A stretch of DNA of 64,000 bases, from positions 1 through 64,000 of the forward strand of contig JAWLHB010000006.1 in the NCBI GenBank assembly GCA_041690595.1. The letters are read 5' to 3'. A program made the position numbers and the translations under genes. Below the pieces are notes generated by a model. That model was not told where the DNA came from. It did not search any database and saw only the letters and a list, made by a program, of their open reading frames with translations. Below, piece after piece: positions 28,470 to 38,007 of the stretch. This DNA is from Lentisphaeria bacterium. Lineage in GTDB: Bacteria; Verrucomicrobiota; Lentisphaeria; JABSQK01; JAWLHB01. How positions within the stretch are numbered: position 1 is the first letter of the stretch; each line of letters begins with the position of its first letter.

Positions 28470-30092
28470 ATGCCCCCCTACCCTCATTGGCTGCAGGACG
28501 CGCACACACGTCTCCATCCCACTGCGATTACCTCGACCGTGACAAGCTACACGCTGGATGCCGCGCGCGGTGAATCGGTAGCCTTTCAGGCGGCGTTGAG
28601 CCACGGGGATCCCTCGTCGAAGGAGCAGGTGATTGCGGTGCGGGCACGGGTGCAGGCGCCCGATACGCTGGAGGTGCGGCTTCGTCGCGTCGGGCATGTG
28701 CCGCAACGTCATCACAGCACGGCGATACCCACCAATTACCTCGACAGCGTGGGTCATGTGCCAGGGTATGTGCCGGATCCGCTCTACGATGAGTGCGAGG
28801 TGGCGCTGCCGTTGGGCGAGACGGCGTCTTTCTGGATCACCGTCGGCATACCTCGCGACTGTCCTCCCGGCAACCATGTCGTGGAGGTCCTGCTGCGTGC
28901 CGGCGAGCAGGAGATGGCGCCGCTGGTGGCAACGATCACCGTGTACGATGTGGTGGTGCAGCCACGGCGGAATTTTCCGGTGATCCAGTGGTTCTACAAC
29001 GATGCCATCCTGGATTGGTACAAGCTGACGGCCTTCGAGGAGGCTTTCTGGCAGCGAGTGGAGCCGTACATGCGCAACCTTCCGGGCCACGGGCAGGATA
29101 CGATCTATGCGCCGGTCTTCACGCCGCCTCTGGATGGGGTGAAACGGCCGACCCAGCTTCTGCGGGTGCATCGCCGCGACACGGACCTGTATGCATTCGA
29201 CTGGCAGGACGTGAAGCGCTACGTGGATCTGGCGCGTCGGTGCGGCATACGGAACTTCGAGTGGACGCACTTCTTCACGCAATGGGGGGTGGCGCACGCG
29301 ATACGTATCTATGAAGGCCAGGGAGTGGACGAGAAGCTGCTGTGGGATCCGGAGACGGGGGCGACGTCGGACACGTACCGGCGCTTCCTGGAGCAGTTCA
29401 TGCCGGAGTTCAAGGGTTTCCTGGAGCGGGAGGAGCTGGTCGACCGGTCGTTCTTCCACGTCAGCGACGAGCCGCATGGGGAGGCGCATCGGGCCAACTA
29501 TCGCGCGGCGCGGCAGCTTCTTCGCGAGGTGGCGCCGTGGATGAAGACGATGGATGCGCTCAGCGAGATCGAGTACGGACGGCAGGGGCTGACGGATCAG
29601 CCGGTTCCCAGCATCGCGGTGACGAAGCAGTTCGTTGATGAAGGGATACCGTGCTACACGTATTTCTGCTGCGGCCCCCGGGGCGCCTATTTGCAGCGGC
29701 TCATGGACACGCCGCTGCTGAACACGCGGATGGCCGGCTGGCTCTTCTACAAGTTCCAGGTGCTCGGCTTCCTGCATTGGGGGTACAATTACTGGTACCG
29801 CAGCCAAACACGAACGCTCATCGATCCCTTCACGGAGAGCAGCGGCGACAAGTGGCCGGGCTGGACCTACGGCGACCCGTTCGTGGTCTACCCGGGGCCA
29901 GACGGTCCTCTCGATTCGATCCGCTGGGAGATCTTTGCGCAGAGCCTGCAGGACTATGCCCTCTTGCAGACGCTGGGGGTTGATCCGGGGCATGAATCAC
30001 TGGCGGATTTTCGTGATTTCAACGATTTTCCACGTACCTTGAAATGGCTCACCCAGACTCGCCGGCAGTTATTGACCGGCACATTACCATGA
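28470..30092 (+). CDS. DUF4091 (GH123-like) glycoside hydrolase
   Basis: ARGESVAFQ, VPDPL, HVSDEP, GFLHWGYNYW, GDPFVVYPG, SIRWE...QDY. AAAGGA RBS before ATG 28470. Confidence 0.8.
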   Translation: MPPYPHWLQDAHTRLHPTAITSTVTSYTLDAARGESVAFQAALSHGDPSSKEQVIAVRARVQAPDTLEVRLRRVGHVPQRHHSTAIPTNYLDSVGHVPGYVPDPLYDECEVALPLGETASFWITVGIPRDCPPGNHVVEVLLRAGEQEMAPLVATITVYDVVVQPRRNFPVIQWFYNDAILDWYKLTAFEEAFWQRVEPYMRNLPGHGQDTIYAPVFTPPLDGVKRPTQLLRVHRRDTDLYAFDWQDVKRYVDLARRCGIRNFEWTHFFTQWGVAHAIRIYEGQGVDEKLLWDPETGATSDTYRRFLEQFMPEFKGFLEREELVDRSFFHVSDEPHGEAHRANYRAARQLLREVAPWMKTMDALSEIEYGRQGLTDQPVPSIAVTKQFVDEGIPCYTYFCCGPRGAYLQRLMDTPLLNTRMAGWLFYKFQVLGFLHWGYNYWYRSQTRTLIDPFTESSGDKWPGWTYGDPFVVYPGPDGPLDSIRWEIFAQSLQDYALLQTLGVDPGHESLADFRDFNDFPRTLKWLTQTRRQLLTGTLP

Positions 30093-30868
30093 TAAGAACA
30101 CTGATTGTGTTGATGCTTGCCGCTTACTGTTCGCAAGGCGTATGGGCAACGGCGCCGGTCGCTCCAGAGAATGACGACACGCCCTTCAAGCCGGGGGAGC
30201 GGCTGACCTATCGGCTGAAGTATGGGATCATTACCGCTGGCTACGCGGTATTCGAAGTGCATGAGCATACGTTGGCGGATGGGCAGCCGGGGCTGCGCTT
30301 CGTACTCACCGCCAGAACCCAGGGGCTGGTGGACAAGCTGTATCGTGTGCGGGACCTGGCCGAATCGATAGTGGCGGCGGATGTATCACGCAGCCACATC
30401 TATCGCAAGCAACAGAAGGAGGGTAGCCACGAGCGGGATATCGAGGTGATCTTCGACTGGGCGGAGAATCTGGCGCGCTACAGCAACTTCGGCAAGGCGC
30501 GTGATCCCATCAGCATCGGGGAGAATGCGGTCGATCCGCTCAGTGTCTTCTACCGCTTCCGGCTCAGCGAGATCGCCACGGGCAGCGAGATCGAGCTACC
30601 AGTCTCCGATGGCAAGGGATTTTACGAGACGGTGCTGCGGGTGAAGGGGCGCGAAACGATCGTGGTGGAGGGCAAGTCCTACGATACCTGGTATGTCGAG
30701 CCGGATCTGAAGGATCTGCGCGGGGTCTTCAAGAAGAATAACGACGCGGTGCTGGGCATCTGGTTCACGGCCGACGAACGGCGCATCCCCGTGAAACTCA
30801 GCAGCAAGGTCGCGGTGGGGAGCTTCGTGGGCGAACTGGTGAACATGCAGACAGCGGATGGCGATTGA
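30089..30868 (+). CDS. DUF3108-family exported protein
   Basis: Signal peptide, GERLTYRLKY, DPLS, IWFTADERRIPVK. Confidence 0.75.
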   Translation: MIRTLIVLMLAAYCSQGVWATAPVAPENDDTPFKPGERLTYRLKYGIITAGYAVFEVHEHTLADGQPGLRFVLTARTQGLVDKLYRVRDLAESIVAADVSRSHIYRKQQKEGSHERDIEVIFDWAENLARYSNFGKARDPISIGENAVDPLSVFYRFRLSEIATGSEIELPVSDGKGFYETVLRVKGRETIVVEGKSYDTWYVEPDLKDLRGVFKKNNDAVLGIWFTADERRIPVKLSSKVAVGSFVGELVNMQTADGD

Positions 30869-30890
30869 CCTGATGAACGGGAAAGCACAC

Positions 30891-32117
30891 ATGTTGCGTT
30901 ACTGCCTGGTTCTGGTCTTGCTTGGCCCGTGGATCGTCGCGTGGGGGCAGCAGGCGCCTGCATTGGAGCGTGCCAACCGGGTGGCCGCCGCCCGACGGGC
31001 AGGGGATTACCTGGTGCGGATTCTGAATGAGGAGGGACGCTTCATCTACTCCTACTATCCGCTGGAGAAGCAGGTGCACGAGGGATATAACCTGCTGCGG
31101 CACGCGGGCACCATCTATGCGCTGTCGCAGTTGTACGATGCGACAGGCGAGGCTGCCTACCTAGAGGCGGCGGTACGCGCTGCGGTCTTTCTGCGCGGGT
31201 TCGTGGAGGAGGTGCAGATCGATGGGAGGAGCTTCACCGCGCTGGTATCGGATCCGCGGTTCACGAAGAGTAACGCACAGGAGGGGCGCGTGGTGAAGAC
31301 GGGGGGCTGCGCACTGGCCCTGATCGCCTTTCTGAGCGTGGATCGCATTCAGAAGAGGGGCGACTATCTCGAACTTTGCAAGCAGCTGGGGCGCTACCTG
31401 GAGCGAACGCAGATGGCGAATGGCAACGTGCTGTCCAAGTACCTACTCGAGCGGGGGGAGTACAGCAGTTGGAAGTCGGCCTATTATCCGGGGGAGACGG
31501 CGGTGGCGCTGGCCATGCTCGCCGCCGCGACCAACGACGCGCGAACGCGCGAGTCGATGGCGCGCCTGCTGCTCTACCTGGCGATGAACTGGGAGATCCA
31601 CCTGAATTATCCAGAACATTCGAGGGACTTCGATCACTGGGGGCTGATCGGCCTTGCCACCGCCTGGCCCCTGCTTACCGACGAGATGCTGTCGACGCTA
31701 TCGCCTTCCGCCTCGGTGTGGACACGGCAACGGCTGCTGGAGGTGGCGAGAGACTACGTGCAGTTGGAATGGCTCTACATGGTCAGGGGTGACGGCATCG
31801 CAGCCGCCCTGGACGGAGCGATTCACGGTACCGACGCCACGACCACGCCTGTAGCCACGCGACTCGAGGCCATACAGCTGATTCACCGTCTTCTTCGCCA
31901 GCAGGAGCTTGCCGCGGACAGTTGGCCACCTCTCATCGAGCGGCAGTTGCAATTCGTCCTGCGCGGACAATATTCCGCGCACGACGCGAAGACGATCGGC
32001 GGTCCACTGAACATTGCCGGTGCCTTCCGGCGAGGCGTTCTGGCGGAGACAAGCAAGAGCGCGGAGATCCGCATCGATTATTCTCAGCACGCAATAAGCG
32101 CGCTGCTCGATCCATAA
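30891..32117 (+). CDS. Exported alpha/alpha-toroid-like hypothetical protein
   Basis: Signal peptide; YNLLRHAGTIYAL, YYPGE, DHW, RIDYSQH motifs. Start uncertain (30858-30891). Confidence 0.6.
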   Translation: MLRYCLVLVLLGPWIVAWGQQAPALERANRVAAARRAGDYLVRILNEEGRFIYSYYPLEKQVHEGYNLLRHAGTIYALSQLYDATGEAAYLEAAVRAAVFLRGFVEEVQIDGRSFTALVSDPRFTKSNAQEGRVVKTGGCALALIAFLSVDRIQKRGDYLELCKQLGRYLERTQMANGNVLSKYLLERGEYSSWKSAYYPGETAVALAMLAAATNDARTRESMARLLLYLAMNWEIHLNYPEHSRDFDHWGLIGLATAWPLLTDEMLSTLSPSASVWTRQRLLEVARDYVQLEWLYMVRGDGIAAALDGAIHGTDATTTPVATRLEAIQLIHRLLRQQELAADSWPPLIERQLQFVLRGQYSAHDAKTIGGPLNIAGAFRRGVLAETSKSAEIRIDYSQHAISALLDP

Positions 32118-32148
32118 CCAATTTTATCTGTTCCAGCCTGAGGCCTAC

Positions 32149-33024
32149 GTGAAGTCATTTGAAGAGCTATACCCGTTTGAGTCGAACTATCTGAATCTGG
32201 ATGGTCATCGTTATCATTATCTGGACGAAGGGGAGGGTCCGGTGCTGCTGATGCTGCATGGCAACCCGACGTGGTCGTTCTACTATCGAGACCTGGTGCT
32301 GGCCATGCGCGACCGGTACCGCGTCATCGTTCCCGACCACATGGGGTGCGGCTTTTCGGACAAACCGCAGGATTACGAGTACCGGCTGGCGACTCATATG
32401 GGGAACGTGCAACGGCTGCTGGATGAGCTGGACATCGAGAGCTATTCGCTTGTCTGCCATGACTGGGGCGGCCCGATCGGCTTTGGCGTTGCGGAGCAGC
32501 ATCCCGAGCGGGTGGAGAGCCTTGTGGTCTTCAATACCACGTGCCAGGTAACATGCCGCTATCCGTGGCGCATTCTGATGTGCAAGCTGCCGCTGATCGG
32601 CAGGGCGGCGATTCGCGGCGCCAACCTCTTTGCGCTTGGCGGGATCGTGATGGGTTCGAAGAACAGCGAGCGGATGACGCCTCATGTACGGGCCGGTTAT
32701 CTCAAGCCCTACGACAGCTATGAGCACCGGATCGCGAATCTGCGTTTTGTCGAGGATATTCCTCTCGGTCCAGCACACCCGTCGTGGGAAACGGCCAAGG
32801 AGGTGGAGCGTCAACTGGATCGTCTCAAAGCGAAGCCGATGCTTGTCTGCTGGGGCAAGAAGGACTTCTGTTTCGACGACTTCTTTCTGGCGCAATGGCA
32901 GCGGGATTTCCCCGGCGCCGATTTCCATGTCTTTCCCGATGCCGGCCACTATGTGGTGGAGGACGCGTCTGATGAGATCATCCCGCTGATGCGCAACTTC
33001 CTCTCCAGGCACACCTCGGTCTGA
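32149..33024 (+). CDS. Alpha/beta hydrolase of the haloalkane dehalogenase/OleB group
   Basis: HGNPTWS, PDHMGCGFSDKP, HDWGG (Asp nucleophile), WGKKD, AGHY. Confidence 0.88.
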   Translation: MKSFEELYPFESNYLNLDGHRYHYLDEGEGPVLLMLHGNPTWSFYYRDLVLAMRDRYRVIVPDHMGCGFSDKPQDYEYRLATHMGNVQRLLDELDIESYSLVCHDWGGPIGFGVAEQHPERVESLVVFNTTCQVTCRYPWRILMCKLPLIGRAAIRGANLFALGGIVMGSKNSERMTPHVRAGYLKPYDSYEHRIANLRFVEDIPLGPAHPSWETAKEVERQLDRLKAKPMLVCWGKKDFCFDDFFLAQWQRDFPGADFHVFPDAGHYVVEDASDEIIPLMRNFLSRHTSV

Positions 33025-33054
33025 ACGATGGCGTGCCTTCAGTGCCAGACCGGG

Positions 33055-34464
33055 TCAATCGGCCGCGGGATCGTTCTCGCTGAGGACGAAGAGGATGGGG
33101 AAATGCTCGCGCACGGGGAGATAGTAGTCGAGGAGCGTTCCGTAGGTGGTGCCGACGGGCACGCGCAGGAAGAGCGTGGCTGGCCATTCCTCATCCTTCG
33201 ACACGAGTTCCTTGAGCCCTTCCGGGCCGTTGAATTCGGTGATCTTCTCCGTGTAGGTCGGACCAGCTTCGCCATAGCGTTCCTCGGTGAGAACGGCCCG
33301 TTGCGTCTCGCCACCGATGAAGACCTCGAGCGGCTGTATGACTCGCTCTTCGCGATCGTACCAGCGCGGGTCGGGCAGGAAGGCCTGGTGGTAGAGCTGA
33401 GTTGGATCGGGATCGAGGCGAAGGATCTGGCTTTCTCCCATGGCCTCTATCATCTGTGCGAACTCTACCAATGGGGGAATGGTGAGGTCGCGATCGAGGG
33501 CGAGGGTGATGTAGGGGTCGCGTTCATCCGCGATCTGCTGCTGGAGGAAGGCGAGGAAGTCCTCGAAGGAGCCGGCCACCAATGGCTCGTCCTTTTCGTT
33601 GCCGGTCACGGTGTAGAGAAGGTCAGCGGCCGTGCGAGCCTCCACCCCATCCGGCGCGCTCAGGCGCAGGCGGTAGTCGCGAATGCGGGTCTCGCCAGGC
33701 GGAGCCATGGGAGTGAGCTTCACCCACAATCTCTGGCCGACCTCGAAGAGGTGCTCCGGATTGGGCATGAGTCGTCCATAATTGACGCCCTGCTCGGCGC
33801 GATACGGCACATCGAGCACCGTCCAGCGCTCGTTGAAGTCCGACGCCACCTCACCACCCAGATCAGCGGCGTAACGGTCCGTCTTCACTCCATCCTCATT
33901 CTCTTCCTGGACGGTGACGGATCCGGTGAACATCAGCCCGACTTCGGGGAGGGACTTGTCGGTACGGCGGTCAAGAATGGTCTTCTCCGCCCGTACGCTG
34001 TGTGCTTCCCCAGGACCATCTTCGCCATTGTCCTGCCACTGGAAATGCATGATCACCCGTTCGCCCTTTGGCCAGAAGACGAGTTCGGGAGCGTTGACGG
34101 TATTGCCGGGCTTCACGCCAATGAACTCCAGCGCCTGATGGATGATGCTCGGCTTGGCCAAGGTCACAGCGATGGCTTCATAGTCGCGACCGAACTCGGT
34201 CACCAGAAAGAACTCGATGGGATCGTGCTGAACGCCGGTGGCGATTGCCTGAACGAGCACCTCACGGGTCTTGCGGTTGGCAATGACCCCGCGTCGGACC
34301 ATGACGTCGGGATTGTCGCCATATTTCTGGAGGTTCTCGGCGAGAGTGGAGGCATACCAGGACTTGACCGCCTGAGCGTCCACTTTGTCGATGAGATGAT
34401 CCTGCCCCGTCGCTATATGGATGGCGGCGACAGTCAGGAAGACTATGGGAAACAGTCGTATCAT
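33055..34464 (-). CDS. Exported protein with a YdjY-like domain
   Basis: Signal peptide MIRLFPIVFLTVAA; IEFFLV..GRDYEA...IHQALEFIG..PG, LMFTGS. Confidence 0.6.
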   Translation of the reverse strand: MIRLFPIVFLTVAAIHIATGQDHLIDKVDAQAVKSWYASTLAENLQKYGDNPDVMVRRGVIANRKTREVLVQAIATGVQHDPIEFFLVTEFGRDYEAIAVTLAKPSIIHQALEFIGVKPGNTVNAPELVFWPKGERVIMHFQWQDNGEDGPGEAHSVRAEKTILDRRTDKSLPEVGLMFTGSVTVQEENEDGVKTDRYAADLGGEVASDFNERWTVLDVPYRAEQGVNYGRLMPNPEHLFEVGQRLWVKLTPMAPPGETRIRDYRLRLSAPDGVEARTAADLLYTVTGNEKDEPLVAGSFEDFLAFLQQQIADERDPYITLALDRDLTIPPLVEFAQMIEAMGESQILRLDPDPTQLYHQAFLPDPRWYDREERVIQPLEVFIGGETQRAVLTEERYGEAGPTYTEKITEFNGPEGLKELVSKDEEWPATLFLRVPVGTTYGTLLDYYLPVREHFPILFVLSENDPAAD

Positions 34465-34583
34465 GATGAGACTCCAGAGTTGTCCAGCGACTGTCATCAA
34501 CATAGCACACACGCCGTAAAGGGCAATGGTGCCAAGCTCATCACGTGTCAGTTATCATCGATGCTGACCGGGAAAGGAGGAAA

Positions 34584-34660
34584 TGGTACGCCCGGCGAGA
34601 TTCGAACTCACGACTTCTTGCTCCGGAGGCAAGCGCTCTATCCAGCTGAGCTACGGGCGC
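34584..34660 (-). tRNA. tRNA-Arg (CCG)
   Basis: GCGCCCGTAGCTCAGCTGGATAGAGCGCTTGCCTCCGGAGCAAGAAGTCGTGAGTTCGAATCTCGCCGGGCGTACCA: 77-nt cloverleaf, anticodon CCG, encoded CCA. Confidence 0.97.
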
Positions 34661-34818
34661 ACCTGTGTTCCAAACAGCCCTACTTTAGCGCACCTTGGGC
34701 CGGACGCAACCGACCAAGGCAAATATTCCGCAAGCAATAATGAAGCCATAGCCGTTGCCGAACTAGTAATTGGATGTAATTTAAACCTCTTTACCTCTCA
34801 ACCACTTTCACGAGCTCC

Positions 34819-36627
34819 ATGTCAGACCTCAAGTACATACGCAACTTCTGCATCATCGCGCATATCGACCACGGGAAGTCCACGCTTGCCGATCGATTCC
34901 TCGAGATGACCCATTCGGTCGCGACCCGCGACTTCAAAGATCAACTGCTTGACAACATGGATCTCGAGCGTGAACGAGGTATCACGATCAAGTCGCATCC
35001 GGTTCTGATGCGATACGAGGCCAAAGACGGCCACACGTATCGGCTGAACCTGATCGACACGCCGGGTCACGTCGACTTTTCGTACGAAGTGAGCCGCAGC
35101 CTTGCGGCCTGCGAGGGTGCGCTGTTGCTGATCGATGCCACGCAGGGTGTGCAGGCTCAGACAGTGGCCAACATCAACTTGGCAATGCGGCAAAACCTGG
35201 TCATCATCCCGGTGATCAACAAGATCGATCTGCCGGCGTCGGATCTGGAGATGTGCTACGAGCAGATGGAAGAGGTGCTGGCGCTGCCCCATGGCGATGC
35301 GCTGCTGGCGAGCGCCAAGGACGGCACCGGCGTGGAGGATATCCTGGAGGCAGTCGTGCGCCTGATCCCGCCGCCCGTGGTACCGGAGAACGAAGAATCG
35401 ATCAAGGCGCTGATCTACGATTCAAAGTACGACACCTTCCGCGGCGTCATCAACTACGTGCGGGTGGTCTCCGGCGAGATCTCGCGCGGTACGCAGTTGC
35501 GTTTCTGCAATACGGGGCTGACGTCGGAGGTGAAGGAAGTGGGCGTCTTCACCCCGAAGATGCTGGCGATCGACAAGCTGACGGCGGGCAATGTCGGTTA
35601 TGTGATCCCGAACCTGAAGTCGCCCGACGATGCGAAGATCGGCGATACGATCACCGGGGCGCGGATGCCGTGCAAGCAGGCGCTGGCGGGTTTCCGGGAG
35701 ATGCAGCCGATGGTGTACAGCGGTATCTACCCGATCGACACGAACGACTACGAGAATCTTCGCCAGAGCTTGTCGAAGCTTCGGCTCAATGATTCGGCGC
35801 TCTACTTTCAGGCAGAGACCTCCGCCGCTCTCGGCTTTGGCTTCCGCTGCGGCTTTCTTGGGCTGCTCCACATGGAGATCATCATGGAGCGGCTGCGGCG
35901 AGAGTACGACATGGATATCATTGCCACGTATCCCAGCGTCGTCTACCATGTTTATCTGACCGACGGCCAGATGAAGAAGGTGGACAATCCACTGCAGCTG
36001 CCGGATCCATCGCTGATCGACCATATCGAAGAGCCCATGGTCGACGCCAGCATCATGATGCCGACGTCAGAGATCGGCACCGTCATGAACCTGATCATGG
36101 AGAAGCGCGGCGTCGTCAAGGAGACGCACAATGCGGACCGCAACCATGTCATCATCACGGGCAGTGTGCCGCTGCACGAGATCATCATCGACTTTCACGA
36201 CAAGCTGAAGACGCTCACCCGCGGCTACGGCAGTCTGGATTACCAGCCGTCGGGCTATCAGCGCGCGCCGATGGTGCGGCTCGAGATGATGGTGAACGGC
36301 GAGCCTATCGACGCGTTTGCCACCATTGTGCATCGGGACCATGCGGAAGCGCGCGGCCGATTCATCGCGGAGCGGCTGAAGGATGTCATCCCGAAGCACC
36401 TGTTCAAGATTGCTATTCAGGCAGCGGTCGGCGGCAAGGTGGTCGCCCGTGCAACGGTGGGACAGATGCGCAAGGATGTCACGGCCAAATGCTACGGTGG
36501 TGACATCACGCGTAAGCGCAAGCTGCTCGAGAAGCAGAAGGAAGGCAAGAAGAAGATGAAGCAGATCGGCTCCGTCAACATACCACAGGATGCCTTCATC
36601 GAAGTGCTGAAGTCCAAGAACGACTAG
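34819..36627 (+). CDS. lepA: Elongation factor 4
   Basis: IRNFCIIAHIDHGKSTLADR, DTPGHVDF, GFRCGFLGLLH, KCYGGDITRKRKLLEKQKEGKK. Confidence 0.98.
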   Translation: MSDLKYIRNFCIIAHIDHGKSTLADRFLEMTHSVATRDFKDQLLDNMDLERERGITIKSHPVLMRYEAKDGHTYRLNLIDTPGHVDFSYEVSRSLAACEGALLLIDATQGVQAQTVANINLAMRQNLVIIPVINKIDLPASDLEMCYEQMEEVLALPHGDALLASAKDGTGVEDILEAVVRLIPPPVVPENEESIKALIYDSKYDTFRGVINYVRVVSGEISRGTQLRFCNTGLTSEVKEVGVFTPKMLAIDKLTAGNVGYVIPNLKSPDDAKIGDTITGARMPCKQALAGFREMQPMVYSGIYPIDTNDYENLRQSLSKLRLNDSALYFQAETSAALGFGFRCGFLGLLHMEIIMERLRREYDMDIIATYPSVVYHVYLTDGQMKKVDNPLQLPDPSLIDHIEEPMVDASIMMPTSEIGTVMNLIMEKRGVVKETHNADRNHVIITGSVPLHEIIIDFHDKLKTLTRGYGSLDYQPSGYQRAPMVRLEMMVNGEPIDAFATIVHRDHAEARGRFIAERLKDVIPKHLFKIAIQAAVGGKVVARATVGQMRKDVTAKCYGGDITRKRKLLEKQKEGKKKMKQIGSVNIPQDAFIEVLKSKND

Positions 36628-36678
36628 CGGAGAGTCGTACTCTCGCCGACCGACAACTTTTTCCTACGGAGCCATGAT

Positions 36679-37962
36679 ATGGGACTGCTCTTCTACCTCG
36701 TCGCCTTCTGGGGACTGATGTACGTCTACCACCAGTACCTCAGCCCGAAACGGCCGCGTCTGCGCCGACGGCTGAGGCTGCTTGCCGCCATGATCCGAGA
36801 CCGCCTGCGTTGGGATATGGACATTCTCAAGGCACAGGATCAGCAGCGCTTCCTGGATTGGCAGGAGCGCTATGCATCGTGCGATCGGGCCAAGGCATCT
36901 CTGGAGGAAATGGAGAAGCTGCTTAACGATGGCTATACCGCGCTCAGCCTCCCCTACCCCAAGCTGCCGTCGTGGGCAACCTACATCAAGGAGTCCGTGG
37001 AGCTCCTGGTGGTTGTTTTCGGCGTTGTCGCCGGCCTTCGGGCACTCTTTCTGCAGCCCTTCAAGATCCCTACCGGCAGCATGCAGCCAACCCTCTATGG
37101 CATCCATTTCATCCACAACCGGGAGACGGAGGTTCCATCCGCCCCCAAGCGCGCGCTCGATTATGCCAACTACTCACGACGCTATGTGGATGAAACCGCC
37201 GCCTCGACTGGCGTCATCGCCATGGGTGAACTGAAGCGCAGGAATCCATACCTGCTCTTCCCCACGACTTCCTTCAGCCATGACCAGAAGAGCTATACCT
37301 TTCCGGGGGCCCCCGCCAATGTGGTGCAGTATCTGCCCTGGCCGCGCGATCCAGAGATCGGCCGACCGAATGAATTCATGCCGATCGAGGAGGGCCAGAA
37401 CCTTGCCAGCGGCTACCTGATGCTGGGCGATCACCTCTTCGTCGACCGCGTCTCGTACAACTTCCGCGAGCCCCGCCGGGGGGACATCGTCGTCTTTGTC
37501 ACGGACAACCTGCGTACCGTCGACCGGCGGCGGCTCAGCGGTCGCTACTTTATCAAGCGGCTGGTTGGTCTTCCTGGAGATACCCTCCGCCTCAGCAACC
37601 GCAAGCTCTACGTCAAGCGGCCGGGCGAGAGCGAGTTCACGGTCGTGGACGAGAAGATGCATCCCGCCTTCGGACGTCTCTACTCCGGGAAGGGCGGTTA
37701 TCGGGGTTATGTTCATCCCAAGCGGGAATATGGGGCGCAGTACCTGCTGACGCCTATCGACACCTTTACCCTGGAGGACGACCAGTACTTCATGATGGGT
37801 GACAACAGTGCCAACAGCCAGGACAGCCGCTACTGGGGCCCCGTTCCGCGGTCCAGCATTGTCGGCCGCGCCTTTCTGGTATGGTGGCCTTTTACCCGCC
37901 GCTGGGGATGGGTGGACACGGCCGAGCCGGAAGCTTATACTACTGCCGGCATTCTTCCATAA
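36679..37962 (+). CDS. lepB: Signal peptidase I with N-terminal extension
   Basis: IPTGSMQPTL (Ser), FIKRLVG (Lys), MGDNSANSQDSRYWG; directly after lepA. Confidence 0.93.
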   Translation: MGLLFYLVAFWGLMYVYHQYLSPKRPRLRRRLRLLAAMIRDRLRWDMDILKAQDQQRFLDWQERYASCDRAKASLEEMEKLLNDGYTALSLPYPKLPSWATYIKESVELLVVVFGVVAGLRALFLQPFKIPTGSMQPTLYGIHFIHNRETEVPSAPKRALDYANYSRRYVDETAASTGVIAMGELKRRNPYLLFPTTSFSHDQKSYTFPGAPANVVQYLPWPRDPEIGRPNEFMPIEEGQNLASGYLMLGDHLFVDRVSYNFREPRRGDIVVFVTDNLRTVDRRRLSGRYFIKRLVGLPGDTLRLSNRKLYVKRPGESEFTVVDEKMHPAFGRLYSGKGGYRGYVHPKREYGAQYLLTPIDTFTLEDDQYFMMGDNSANSQDSRYWGPVPRSSIVGRAFLVWWPFTRRWGWVDTAEPEAYTTAGILP

Positions 37963-38007
37963 GGAACGGGCAGAACCGTTCTTCCAGACACGAAGCCGGA
38001 GCGCCTG

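Noticed and set aside
26058..29993. 1311-aa minus-strand ORF
   Set aside because: Antisense shadow of two well-formed + strand genes.
34584..34660. tRNA-Arg as the integration site of an island
   Set aside because: No integrase and no duplicated tRNA 3' end noticed in the window.
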